64,000 nt of DNA from Pseudomonadota bacterium (GTDB taxonomy: Bacteria > Pseudomonadota > Gammaproteobacteria > Acidiferrobacterales > Acidiferrobacteraceae): the NCBI GenBank assembly GCA_021819125.1, contig JAKARW010000001.1, positions 42,278-106,277 on the forward strand, written 5' to 3'. A program made the position numbers and the translations under genes. Below are positions 47,327 to 55,768 of this stretch, piece after piece. Positions within the stretch are counted from its first letter, which is position 1; each line of letters begins with the position of its first letter. The notes beneath the pieces are model-generated. The model saw nothing but the letters and a program-made list of their open reading frames with translations, did no database searches and was not told the origin of the DNA.

Positions 47327-48505
47327 ATGGAAACTCTTGCCATCCCGTTGCCCGCCAACCTTCCGCCCGATGTGTGCACGGAGATCAGCAAGCGCGCCTG
47401 CTATTGCGACACCGCGATCCTGAAATCCCGTTATCACCAGGATTCAAATTGTCTCGAGATCGATCTGCAGGGCTCGGGCGCTAGTGGCGATGTGGCGGCC
47501 AAGCTCGAAAACCTTATCGGAAAGATGCAGGTCGAGCGCCTGGCGGTCATCCCAAAAATCCTACGCGAGCGGTCCCGGGAATCGGGCCAGTTCTTTGCCG
47601 AAGCCTATAAAGAACTTGCCGAACGAGGCGATGTGTGGGCCTCTGGCCAAGGTACGGTGGGTCGGAGCGGGGCCTTCATGCGCCTCATGAATTGCCTCGA
47701 CGGCGCGCTCGAGCGTCTTGCGGCGCGCGAATTTCAAGCTATATCCCAGTCCTACAATTCGCTTGTCCCAAGCGACTGGTTGCGGCGCTCCGGATACTTC
47801 GGGTCGTTTCCTCATTCGGTGACCTTCGCCGTGCATTTGAAGGAAGACTTTGATGCAATCGAGCGATTCGGCCAGCGCCATCGTCACGGAGAAAATCCGG
47901 TGTTTGAGGGGGTAAACGAGATCGCATCCCCTGAATACTGTCTATCCCCGGCCGTGTGCTATCACACCTATGGCGCGCTCATGGGCCAAAATGTCCCAGC
48001 GGGCACAATCGCCGCCTTTACCGCCCACGGGCGGTGCTTTCGTTACGAATCAAAGAATCTCGCGGGCCTTGATCGCCTATGGGAGTTTTCCATGCGCGAG
48101 ATAGTGTGGCTGGGCGCGCGCGATGAGGTTTTGGCGGCACGGGAGAAAGCCATAAACGCCATGTGGCAACTGGTCGATCTTCTGGACCTTTCGGCCAGGA
48201 TAGAAACTGCATGCGATCCGTTTTTCGCAAGCGACTTTCCATCTTTGCGCTTCTTTCAGCTGGCCAATGACTTGAAGTATGAGTTAAAGGTGGATACGGC
48301 CCCGGACCAATCTGTTGCGTGCGCCTCGTTTAATTATCACGAGCGGTTTTTCGGGACGCGCTTTGAGATCGGTGCCGGCGATGGACAGCCGGCCCACACG
48401 GGGTGCGCGGCGTTTGGCCTCGAGCGGCTTTTGTACGCGTGCATTTGTCAGCACGGGTTTAAGCACGCGATGGAACTTATGGAGAACGCCGCCGGCCGTA
48501 TGTAG
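47327..48505 (+). CDS. Class II aaRS-like protein (SerRS-like amino acid:[carrier-protein] ligase family)
   Basis: Motif 2 'GRCFRYES', motif 3 'GCAAFGLERLLYA', 'LRRSGYFGSFPH', 'CLSPAVCYHTY', 'LWEFSMREIV'. No tRNA-binding coiled-coil arm. Confidence 0.75.
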   Translation: METLAIPLPANLPPDVCTEISKRACYCDTAILKSRYHQDSNCLEIDLQGSGASGDVAAKLENLIGKMQVERLAVIPKILRERSRESGQFFAEAYKELAERGDVWASGQGTVGRSGAFMRLMNCLDGALERLAAREFQAISQSYNSLVPSDWLRRSGYFGSFPHSVTFAVHLKEDFDAIERFGQRHRHGENPVFEGVNEIASPEYCLSPAVCYHTYGALMGQNVPAGTIAAFTAHGRCFRYESKNLAGLDRLWEFSMREIVWLGARDEVLAAREKAINAMWQLVDLLDLSARIETACDPFFASDFPSLRFFQLANDLKYELKVDTAPDQSVACASFNYHERFFGTRFEIGAGDGQPAHTGCAAFGLERLLYACICQHGFKHAMELMENAAGRM

Positions 48506-48551
48506 GCGCGGGTTTTGTGGCCGGCGGTTATGCAGGCACAAGGAGAGCGTG

Positions 48552-49583
48552 GTGCAAGAAAGTCGGATGGCGGCAGGCGGTATGGACGCAAAGTCTGCGG
48601 AGTTTTTTGAAGAGGTTGTGAATCCGGATTTCGATGAGGCAAGCGCGCTCATGCGTGCCAACTGGACGCCGCCTTGCTGGGTGTACGAACGCGATCTTTT
48701 GGCAATGCACATCCTAAGGCCGACCGCCGATCCGTCGATGGCAATCGGCCTGCGCGCGAAAAACGGCGATCTCGCCTCGTATCTCGCCTTCGTGCCCCTC
48801 ACCCTGCGTGTCCATGGGCACCTCTATCGCGGCGTGTTCGCCAGCTTTTTTACGGTGTCGGGACGCTACCGGCGCCATGGCCTGAGTGATCGCCATCAGG
48901 GGCTCATGCTGGATCGTGCGCGCGACCGGGGCTACGAACTGTATGTGGCGGTGACCGTGGCTGGCACACCGGCCAACCAGACCGTGGCGCGGGCGTTTGC
49001 GGCGCGCGGCCTTGGCGTGCGCAATGTGTGCAATTTTCGCTACCTGGCCGGAATCCCGGCTATCGTCGGCGCGCGGCTCGGTCCCGGCGACGCCCAGCGG
49101 GTGCGGGGTTATGAATCGGCCGATGCGGCCGCGGCGTTTGCGCTTTTGGCGGAGAGTGCCGCAAAGATGCCCTTGGCCAAGGTGGTGGAGCATGAGGATG
49201 TCGACTTCATGCTGCGCCTGCGGCCGCGCGTGAGAACCTACGTCTACGAGGCCGATGGCAAGCCGCAGGGCCTTATCAGTCTCGCGTTTTTGCCAGTCTT
49301 GTCGGAGAGTATCGGTATGAACGCCTATGTGGAGGCGCTCGCGCTCGCGCGCCTGGAGCCTGCCGCGCGCGCCGCTTTTGTGGATACGGTGTTACGCGAA
49401 GCGCTCGTGCAGGGCGCCCATGCGATCATGGTGCCGGATACCGGTTGCGCGGACCTCGCGGTCTTGCGTCGTCTTGGGTTTCGCGCTGCGCCACGCAAAC
49501 TGCGGCTCTTGCTCGGCGCTTTGCGCCCTGATATCACAGAGCTGCCGGAGGCCGTGGACGGTTTCTGTCTCGACGTATTCTAA
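48552..49583 (+). CDS. Tandem GNAT-fold acyl/aminoacyl-transferase-like protein (start uncertain)
   Basis: 'AAGGAG' RBS at 48540, then GTG 48549/48552 or ATG 48567. GNAT motif-A-like 'GRYRRHGLSDRHQGLMLDRARDRGY'. The second half ends in the GNAT-like 'LRRLGFRA'. Confidence 0.6.
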   Translation: MQESRMAAGGMDAKSAEFFEEVVNPDFDEASALMRANWTPPCWVYERDLLAMHILRPTADPSMAIGLRAKNGDLASYLAFVPLTLRVHGHLYRGVFASFFTVSGRYRRHGLSDRHQGLMLDRARDRGYELYVAVTVAGTPANQTVARAFAARGLGVRNVCNFRYLAGIPAIVGARLGPGDAQRVRGYESADAAAAFALLAESAAKMPLAKVVEHEDVDFMLRLRPRVRTYVYEADGKPQGLISLAFLPVLSESIGMNAYVEALALARLEPAARAAFVDTVLREALVQGAHAIMVPDTGCADLAVLRRLGFRAAPRKLRLLLGALRPDITELPEAVDGFCLDVF

Positions 49584-49586
49584 GTC

Positions 49587-50171
49587 ATGGGTGGCGGTTT
49601 GAAGGGGGTGTTCCGGACTTTGCTGGCCGGTGCCGGGATCCTGATCGCGTTTCCCGCGCTTGTGCTGGCGGCCTGCGACCGGTGTAGCGGCGGGCGTGAT
49701 GACGGATTTGTGTTCGGCGGTCAGGCGCTCGCCCTGGTTCCAGGGGTGATCGGCGACGCCGCGCGCGCGGCCTACTACTCGCGCACGCTTGCGCTCTTTG
49801 AGGCCGGTGCGGCGGTCCATTTCGGGAGTTATTTCTCAAAGCGCGGCGCGCGCGTGCATGCCGGGGCGGGGGTTGGCGCCTACTGCATCATGGGACTGGT
49901 CGATCTCGGTCCTGGGGTGCGGATCGCAAGCCGCGTCTCGATCACATCCGGACTCCACTATCACGGGAGCGCCGCCGGCGGCATCCGTGACGAGATTATC
50001 GTCACCTGTGTCGCCGTAGGCGCCCACACCTGGATAGGCGAGGGCGCCGTGATCGGCGCCGATGTCGGCGCCGATTGCATCGTGGGTATGGGATCGGTGG
50101 TCATCCAGGCGGTGCCCGACCACTCCATCGTCATAGGCAATCCGGCGCGGCGCGTCCCCTCGGTGGGCTGA
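49587..50171 (+). CDS. Hexapeptide-repeat (LbH) acyltransferase with N-terminal hydrophobic segment
   Basis: 'VHAGAGVGAYCIMG...GVRIASRVSI...VGAHTWIGEGAVIGADVGADCIVGMGSVV...IGNPARRV'. Starts 3 nt after the preceding stop. Confidence 0.8.
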   Translation: MGGGLKGVFRTLLAGAGILIAFPALVLAACDRCSGGRDDGFVFGGQALALVPGVIGDAARAAYYSRTLALFEAGAAVHFGSYFSKRGARVHAGAGVGAYCIMGLVDLGPGVRIASRVSITSGLHYHGSAAGGIRDEIIVTCVAVGAHTWIGEGAVIGADVGADCIVGMGSVVIQAVPDHSIVIGNPARRVPSVG

Positions 50172-50188
50172 GGATATTTAAGCGCGCC

Positions 50189-51058
50189 TTAAGCCGGCTC
50201 CGGCGAGAGCAGAACGCCCTTCATGGTGTCGAGGGCCTTCTTCTCGATCTGGCGGATGCGCTCGGCGGACACGCCGTATTCCTCCGCCAGTTCGTGCAGG
50301 GTCGGTTTATCGGCTGCAAGCCAGCGTCTGCGGATGATGTCCTGGCTGCGTCCATCCAGGGACACCAGGGCATTTTGCAGCCGGTCTTGCTGCGAACTCT
50401 CGGTATCGGCGTGGGTCAGCAGGCGCTCAGGGTTGTAGCGCATGTCCTGCAGGAAACCCGCTGGCGATGACCGGAATTCCTCGTCGTCGCTGTCGTCCTG
50501 GGCGTCGAATGGCACATCCGGGCTTGCCATCCGCGACTCCATCTCCTTGACGGTGGCGGTCGGCACGTCGAGGTCCGCGGCCAGGCTCGAGATCTCGCTC
50601 TCATTCATCCAGCCGATGCGGGCGCGGGATTGGCGGAGGTTGAAGAACAGTTTGCGCTGGGCCTTGGTCGTGGCGATCTTGACGATCCGCCAGTTGCGCA
50701 GGATGTAGTCGTAGATCTCGGCACGGATCCAGTGCACCGCAAACGATACCAGGCGCACGCCGTGTGCCGGATCAAAGTGTTTCACGGCTTTCATGAGGCC
50801 AATGTTGCCTTCCTGAATGAGATCGGCTTGCGGCAGGCCATAGCCTGCGAAGGCCCGTGCCACGCGGACGACATAACGAAGCTGGGAGAGCACAAGCTCG
50901 CGAGCGGCCTCGAGGTTGTTGTGTTCACGGTACTCGATGGCAAGCTTTCGTTCCTGTTCCGCGTCCAATACCGGCGCCGCGTTCGCAAGCCGCATGTAGT
51001 GCGAGAGTCCGCCCTCGGCGCTGACGCTGACGGCGACTGGCAAGGTATGCATGGTCAT
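50189..51058 (-). CDS. rpoH: RNA polymerase sigma-32
   Basis: RpoH box 'QRKLFFNLR'; regions 2 and 4 ('DLIQEGNIGLMKAVKHFDP', 'TLHELAEEYGVSAERIRQIE'). Confidence 0.95.
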   Translation of the reverse strand: MTMHTLPVAVSVSAEGGLSHYMRLANAAPVLDAEQERKLAIEYREHNNLEAARELVLSQLRYVVRVARAFAGYGLPQADLIQEGNIGLMKAVKHFDPAHGVRLVSFAVHWIRAEIYDYILRNWRIVKIATTKAQRKLFFNLRQSRARIGWMNESEISSLAADLDVPTATVKEMESRMASPDVPFDAQDDSDDEEFRSSPAGFLQDMRYNPERLLTHADTESSQQDRLQNALVSLDGRSQDIIRRRWLAADKPTLHELAEEYGVSAERIRQIEKKALDTMKGVLLSPEPA

Positions 51059-51168
51059 GTCCTACCCCCTTCGACGATCCGTATCGACTTTAACGTGAGT
51101 GGTATTTTAGCATTCTCGGCCTGAGAGTGCTAATCCCCCTGAGAAGTTCCCCCAGGTCCGGCCTGCGG

Positions 51169-52074
51169 CTAGATCCGGCGGGAGCGCAAGGCCCGGCCCA
51201 CCGCGATCCGCGCCCCGAGCCATCCGAGCAGGGCGCCCAAACCCAAAAGCCCCAAAGCCTGGCTCAAATCCGGGCCCGATAAGTGGTAATGGGCCCCGTA
51301 GGCGCGATCGAGCGCTGCAATCGGCCCGTCCAGGGCCAGGAAGGCCGCTTCGAGGAGGATGAGCGCACATAATGCCCCAAGCCCCCCGGTCAATGCCCCG
51401 GCATACAGGAAGGGACGCCGGATAAAGGCATTGGTTCCCCCGACTAAGCCTACCACGGAGATTTCGTCCGCCCGGCTTGCCACCGCCGCGCGCGTGGTGT
51501 TCCCGATGATGAGGATGAGCGCAAGTCCGAGCGCGACGGCGAGGATCACCACTATCCGGTGGCCGAGGGCGAGCGCGGCATCGAGGCGTTTGACCCATGC
51601 GAGATTGGATTGCACGTGAGCGATGCCGGGCACGGTCTTCAGTTGCGCGGCGAGGTGCGCCACGGATGAAGGCTTGGTCCCCAAGGGTGTGACCACGGCC
51701 ACGCCCGGCAGCGGATTGTGATGTCGGAACACCACGGCGGTCGTGCCCAATCCAGAGCTCGTCGCGAATGCGCGCAGGCCTTCGGCCGGGGAGATGTAGC
51801 GGATGGAGGCGACCCCTGGGATCTGGCGGATCGCCGCGATCACCGTGGCATGGGGTACACCCTTTGCGAGATAGGCCGATAGCGACCCGCGCGGTTGCCA
51901 GCCAAGTGTCAGGCGTTGCAGATTCAAAAGCCCGACATAGAGGCCGGTCGGTAGCACCAAAGTGACGCCGATCATGACGACGGTCAGCAAAGTCGCCGCC
52001 GGACTGCGGGCAAAGTCCCCGAGTGTCCTCATGAAGACTTGTGCGTGACGGGTCAGGTAGGCCTTCATAACCAT
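51169..52074 (-). CDS. ftsX: Cell-division ABC permease FtsX (N-terminus/start uncertain)
   Basis: 'YLTRHAQVFMRTLGDFARSPAATLLTVVMIGVTLVLP' aligns with the FtsX region before TM1; 4 TM segments. An in-frame TTG at 52152 is also possible. Confidence 0.85.
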   Translation of the reverse strand: MVMKAYLTRHAQVFMRTLGDFARSPAATLLTVVMIGVTLVLPTGLYVGLLNLQRLTLGWQPRGSLSAYLAKGVPHATVIAAIRQIPGVASIRYISPAEGLRAFATSSGLGTTAVVFRHHNPLPGVAVVTPLGTKPSSVAHLAAQLKTVPGIAHVQSNLAWVKRLDAALALGHRIVVILAVALGLALILIIGNTTRAAVASRADEISVVGLVGGTNAFIRRPFLYAGALTGGLGALCALILLEAAFLALDGPIAALDRAYGAHYHLSGPDLSQALGLLGLGALLGWLGARIAVGRALRSRRI

Positions 52075-52400
52075 CGTGTCCTTAAAAATAACATAACTTG
52101 CGTCGGCCATCGCAAAAGAGGTCAGGGCAAGCTCGGCCCGTGATGCACACAAGGCCGCCGTGTCTGCCGCTTGCGACGCGCAGGCGTCGGGTCGGAAGTC
52201 TTAGTATGCAAGGTACTATCCGGCCTGCCCAGGGATGGCCTCATCGTCTGCTCCCGCCCATGGCCCCCGCTTGCCGCGGGTCGACTCGCACCCGTCTTAC
52301 AAGCCCGCCCATGACCGCGGCCCGCGCTCGATGTGATCATGGCCCTTGGGGCTTGCGTATCCGTCACGCCGCCCGGGCCGCCGGCCGTGTGCGCCCGCCC

Positions 52401-52438
52401 GCCGCATAAGACGACCACGGGCGGTCGGCTTATGCGGC
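52401..52438. repeat. Perfect 10-bp inverted repeat (plus inner 5-bp stem) spanning the ftsE stop codon
   Basis: GCCGCATAAG-a-CGACC-acgggc-GGTCG-g-CTTATGCGGC. Confidence 0.7.
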
Positions 52439-53089
52439 GTTCACCATATGGCCCTCGCCAAGCCGGATCACGCGCGCCTGCAGGCGCTCGATCTGGCGCA
52501 GGTCATGGGTCGCGATCAGCACCGTGACGCCGTGGTGGTTGAACTCCTGAAAAAGGTCGATGATGTCGTCGGACAAGGCGGCATCCAGATTGCCGGTCGG
52601 CTCGTCTGCGATGAGGAGCGCCGGGCGATGCACGAGCGCGCGCGCTATACCCACGCGCTGCTGCTCGCCGCCTGACAAGGCCAGCGGAAAGCCGCGCTCA
52701 CGGCCCCTCAACCCCACTTTGTCGAGTGCCGCAAGGACCCGTTTGCGTACTTCGTCTCCGGTCATGCCGGCTACCAGAAGCGGCAGGGCGACATTGTCAA
52801 ACACCGTGCGTTCGTTCAAAAGTCGGTTGTCTTGAAAGACCACGCCGATCTCACGCCGGAAGTACGGCAGGCGGTGCGGTCTTAAGCGCGCCAAGTCATG
52901 ACCGTTGACCACGACCTGGCCACGTGTCGGACGTTCCAGCAGACAGATCAACTTCAATACCGTGCTCTTGCCGGCGCCCGAAGGTCCGGTGAGAAAGGCC
53001 ATCTCGCCGCGCGCAACGCTAAAGCCGACGTCGCTCAAGGCCTCGGTTCCAAGCGAGTAGCGCTTAAAGACGTGCTTAAGTTCGATCAT
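52430..53089 (-). CDS. ftsE: Cell-division ATP-binding protein FtsE
   Basis: 'GPSGAGKST', '[15 protein letters not shown]', '[12 protein letters not shown]'. Start at '[11 protein letters not shown]', overlapping the ftsY end. Confidence 0.93.
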   Translation of the reverse strand: MIELKHVFKRYSLGTEALSDVGFSVARGEMAFLTGPSGAGKSTVLKLICLLERPTRGQVVVNGHDLARLRPHRLPYFRREIGVVFQDNRLLNERTVFDNVALPLLVAGMTGDEVRKRVLAALDKVGLRGRERGFPLALSGGEQQRVGIARALVHRPALLIADEPTGNLDAALSDDIIDLFQEFNHHGVTVLIATHDLRQIERLQARVIRLGEGHMVNAA

Positions 53090-54050
53090 CGACGAGCTCG
53101 GCTGGTAATACCGCATCCACAAAGGACTGGGCGTCGAACGGGCGCAGATCATCCGCCGATTCGCCGACACCCACGAAATAGATCGGCAACGCGAACCGCT
53201 TCGCAAGCGCAAACACGACACCTCCCTTGGCGGTGCCGTCGAGCTTGGTGATGCATAGGCCGGTCACGCCCACGGTCTTGTGAAACTGCTCGACCTGGAC
53301 CAGCGCGTTCTGACCGATGCCGCCATCCAATATCAGGATGATCTGGTGCGGGGCGTGCGCGTCGAGGCGCGTGAGCGTGCGCTTGATCTTGGCCAGTTCG
53401 TCCATGAGCCCCCCCTGGGTATGCAGGCGGCCGGCGGTGTCGATCAAAAGGACGTCGACGGCGCGTGAGCGCGCCGCCTGTAAGGCATCGTGGGCGACGG
53501 CGGCGGCATCGGCCCCCCGCGGCTGACTGATCATGGCCACCTCGGCGCGCCGCGCCCATTCGCCGAGCTGTTCGATGGCCGCGGCCCGAAACGTGTCACC
53601 GGCGGCGAGCAGCACCGAGCGGCCTTCGGCGCGTAGCCGCACGGCGAGTTTTCCGATGGTCGTGGTCTTGCCGGCGCCATTTACGCCGATCATGAGTACA
53701 ATCTCGGGCCGGTGCGTGATTGGCCAAGGCTGTTCGCAGGGTTTGACAATCTCGTAGAGAATGGCGCGCAAGGCCGCATAAACGGCTTCGGTATCGCCCA
53801 GTTCCTTGCGTGACACGCGCCTTGTGATCTCCGCCATCACGGTACTGGTGGTGTCTGCGCCGAGGTCGGCGGTGATAAGGGCGGTTTCAAGGTCTTCGAG
53901 CAGTGCCGCATCGAGGATGCGCTTGCGCCTAAGGAGGCCGCCCACGTTCGCGCCCAAGGCCCGCCGGGTGGCCGCGAGGCGTTCACCCAGGCGGGTGAAT
54001 ACGCCCGGTTTCCCGCTCCTATCGTCCGCCGCCTTACGAAAGAGCGCCAT
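53076..54050 (-). CDS. ftsY: Signal-recognition-particle receptor FtsY (short A-domain)
   Basis: NG domain: 'GVNGAGKTTTIGKLA', 'DTAGRLH', 'TKLDGTAKGG'. Confidence 0.93.
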   Translation of the reverse strand: MALFRKAADDRSGKPGVFTRLGERLAATRRALGANVGGLLRRKRILDAALLEDLETALITADLGADTTSTVMAEITRRVSRKELGDTEAVYAALRAILYEIVKPCEQPWPITHRPEIVLMIGVNGAGKTTTIGKLAVRLRAEGRSVLLAAGDTFRAAAIEQLGEWARRAEVAMISQPRGADAAAVAHDALQAARSRAVDVLLIDTAGRLHTQGGLMDELAKIKRTLTRLDAHAPHQIILILDGGIGQNALVQVEQFHKTVGVTGLCITKLDGTAKGGVVFALAKRFALPIYFVGVGESADDLRPFDAQSFVDAVLPAELVDDRT

Positions 54051-54056
54051 AAGGGC

Positions 54057-54323
<267 letters not shown>

Positions 54324-54340
54324 CTATAGAGGCGCCAAGT

Positions 54341-54817
54341 CTACCGCAACGCCGTCGTCAATGCAGCCTTCACGGCCGGGTGGACGAAGGGGCTTACGTC
54401 CCCCCCTAAGGCCGCGATTTCCTTGACGAACGACGACGACAGCGCGCCGTCGCGCTCGGATGCCGGCAGGAACAAGGTCTCGACTGTGGCGTCAAGCCGG
54501 TGGTTCATGCCGGCCATCTGGAACTCGTATTCGAAATCCGAAAGCGCCCGCAGGCCGCGCACGATGACCCGTGCCCCGTGACGATGAATAAAGTCCATGA
54601 GCAGGGTGTCAAAGCCGATGACCGTCACCCCTGGGATTTCGGCCAGGGCCTGCTCGGCGAGCGCCACGCGCTGCCCCAAAGTAAAGAGCGGGGCCTTGCG
54701 CACGTTGGCGGCGACCCCGACGATGACCCGCGGAAAAAGCGCCGCCGCGCGTTGCACGATATCGGTATGGCCGTTGGTGAAGGGGTCGAATGTCCCCGGG
54801 TAGACGACAATGGTCAC
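54341..54817 (-). CDS. coaD: Phosphopantetheine adenylyltransferase
   Basis: '[17 protein letters not shown]', '[13 protein letters not shown]', 'SSSFVKEI'. Confidence 0.93.
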   Translation of the reverse strand: MTIVVYPGTFDPFTNGHTDIVQRAAALFPRVIVGVAANVRKAPLFTLGQRVALAEQALAEIPGVTVIGFDTLLMDFIHRHGARVIVRGLRALSDFEYEFQMAGMNHRLDATVETLFLPASERDGALSSSFVKEIAALGGDVSPFVHPAVKAALTTALR

Positions 54818-54826
54818 GCGTGATCC

Positions 54827-55390
54827 TCAAGACGCGAGCGCGGCCAAACCGTAGGCGACACCACCTGCCTGGCCGCGTCTGTGCCAGCGCAGTCCCGCCG
54901 GCAACTCAAAACCATAGGCGACCGCGCTTTCGATATAGATAAGCCCCGCTGGCGCCAGAATGCGCCGCGCCAGGATTGTGGTCAAGGCGTCAGGGAGGAG
55001 CCGGCTTGCATAGGGTGGGTCAAGGAAAATGATATCAAAGGCCGCGGGTCCCTGACCGGCCAGATAGTCGAGGGCTTCGCCCACCATTATGGCCGCCTCG
55101 GCGCCGAGCCGTGCGCCGTTTTCGCGCAACGCCGCGACCACCGCGGCGTTGCAATCCACCAAAGTCGCGGCCGCCGCGCCGCGCGACAGCGCCTCGAAGC
55201 CGAGGGCCCCGGAGCCTGCGAAGAGGTCGAGGCACCGCGCCCCGGCAAGCCATGGGTTCAGCCAGTTAAAGAGTGTCTCGCGCACGCGGTCGGGCGTGGG
55301 CCTAAGACCCGGTTCCGCGGGAAAGGCGAGCCTGCGCCCGCGCCAGTGTCCGGCGATGAGGCGTATGCGCGAGCCTTTAGGCTCACCCAT
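54827..55390 (-). CDS. rsmD: 16S rRNA (guanine966-N2)-methyltransferase
   Basis: 'RIIAG..RGRRL..P...LRPT.DRVRETLFNWL', 'DLFAGSGALGFEALSRGA', 'DPPY'. Start at 'MGEPKGSRIRL'. Confidence 0.88.
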   Translation of the reverse strand: MGEPKGSRIRLIAGHWRGRRLAFPAEPGLRPTPDRVRETLFNWLNPWLAGARCLDLFAGSGALGFEALSRGAAAATLVDCNAAVVAALRENGARLGAEAAIMVGEALDYLAGQGPAAFDIIFLDPPYASRLLPDALTTILARRILAPAGLIYIESAVAYGFELPAGLRWHRRGQAGGVAYGLAALAS

Positions 55391-55768
55391 CGCAATCCTG
55401 CGCCAAGACCGCTTCGGCCTTGGCGCACACCACGAGCCGCGGGGCACGCCCCTGATAGACCGGTTCTTGCCACACAAGCCGCGAGGCCTCAGGGGTGAGG
55501 AAGGCGGCGGTCATGGGCGTAAACCCATGGCGTGGCTCGCGGTCCTTTCCATGACCCTCACATAAGGCCGTGATGGGGATTTGTCGTCTCATTGGGATAA
55601 CTCACCATGCCGAGGATGACCGAAGGCGGTCGCGGGGTCCTAAGAAAGAACCACCCGCGGTCGGCCCCGAAGCCCGTGAGCTGCCAGCGCCGGGGCGAAT
55701 GGTGTCCCCGCACGAACCCGCGCACCCGGCGAATCGGGTGCCAGAAACGCCGCCGCACGATAGCCCCC

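Noticed and set aside
38237-50188. Classifying the T4SS-like block as an ICE, genomic island or other mobile element
   Set aside because: No integrase, relaxase, transposase, flanking tRNA or recognisable direct repeats are present in the window. By eye, coding-region composition looks like the rest of the window. It is therefore reported as an accessory operon, not as a mobile_element feature.
52122-52418. 98-aa ORF between ftsE and ftsX as an independent gene
   Set aside because: Low-complexity Gly/Arg/Pro/Thr composition, and its start lies inside a hairpin loop. It is more plausibly either non-coding or a frameshifted FtsX N-tail (see finding) than a separate protein.
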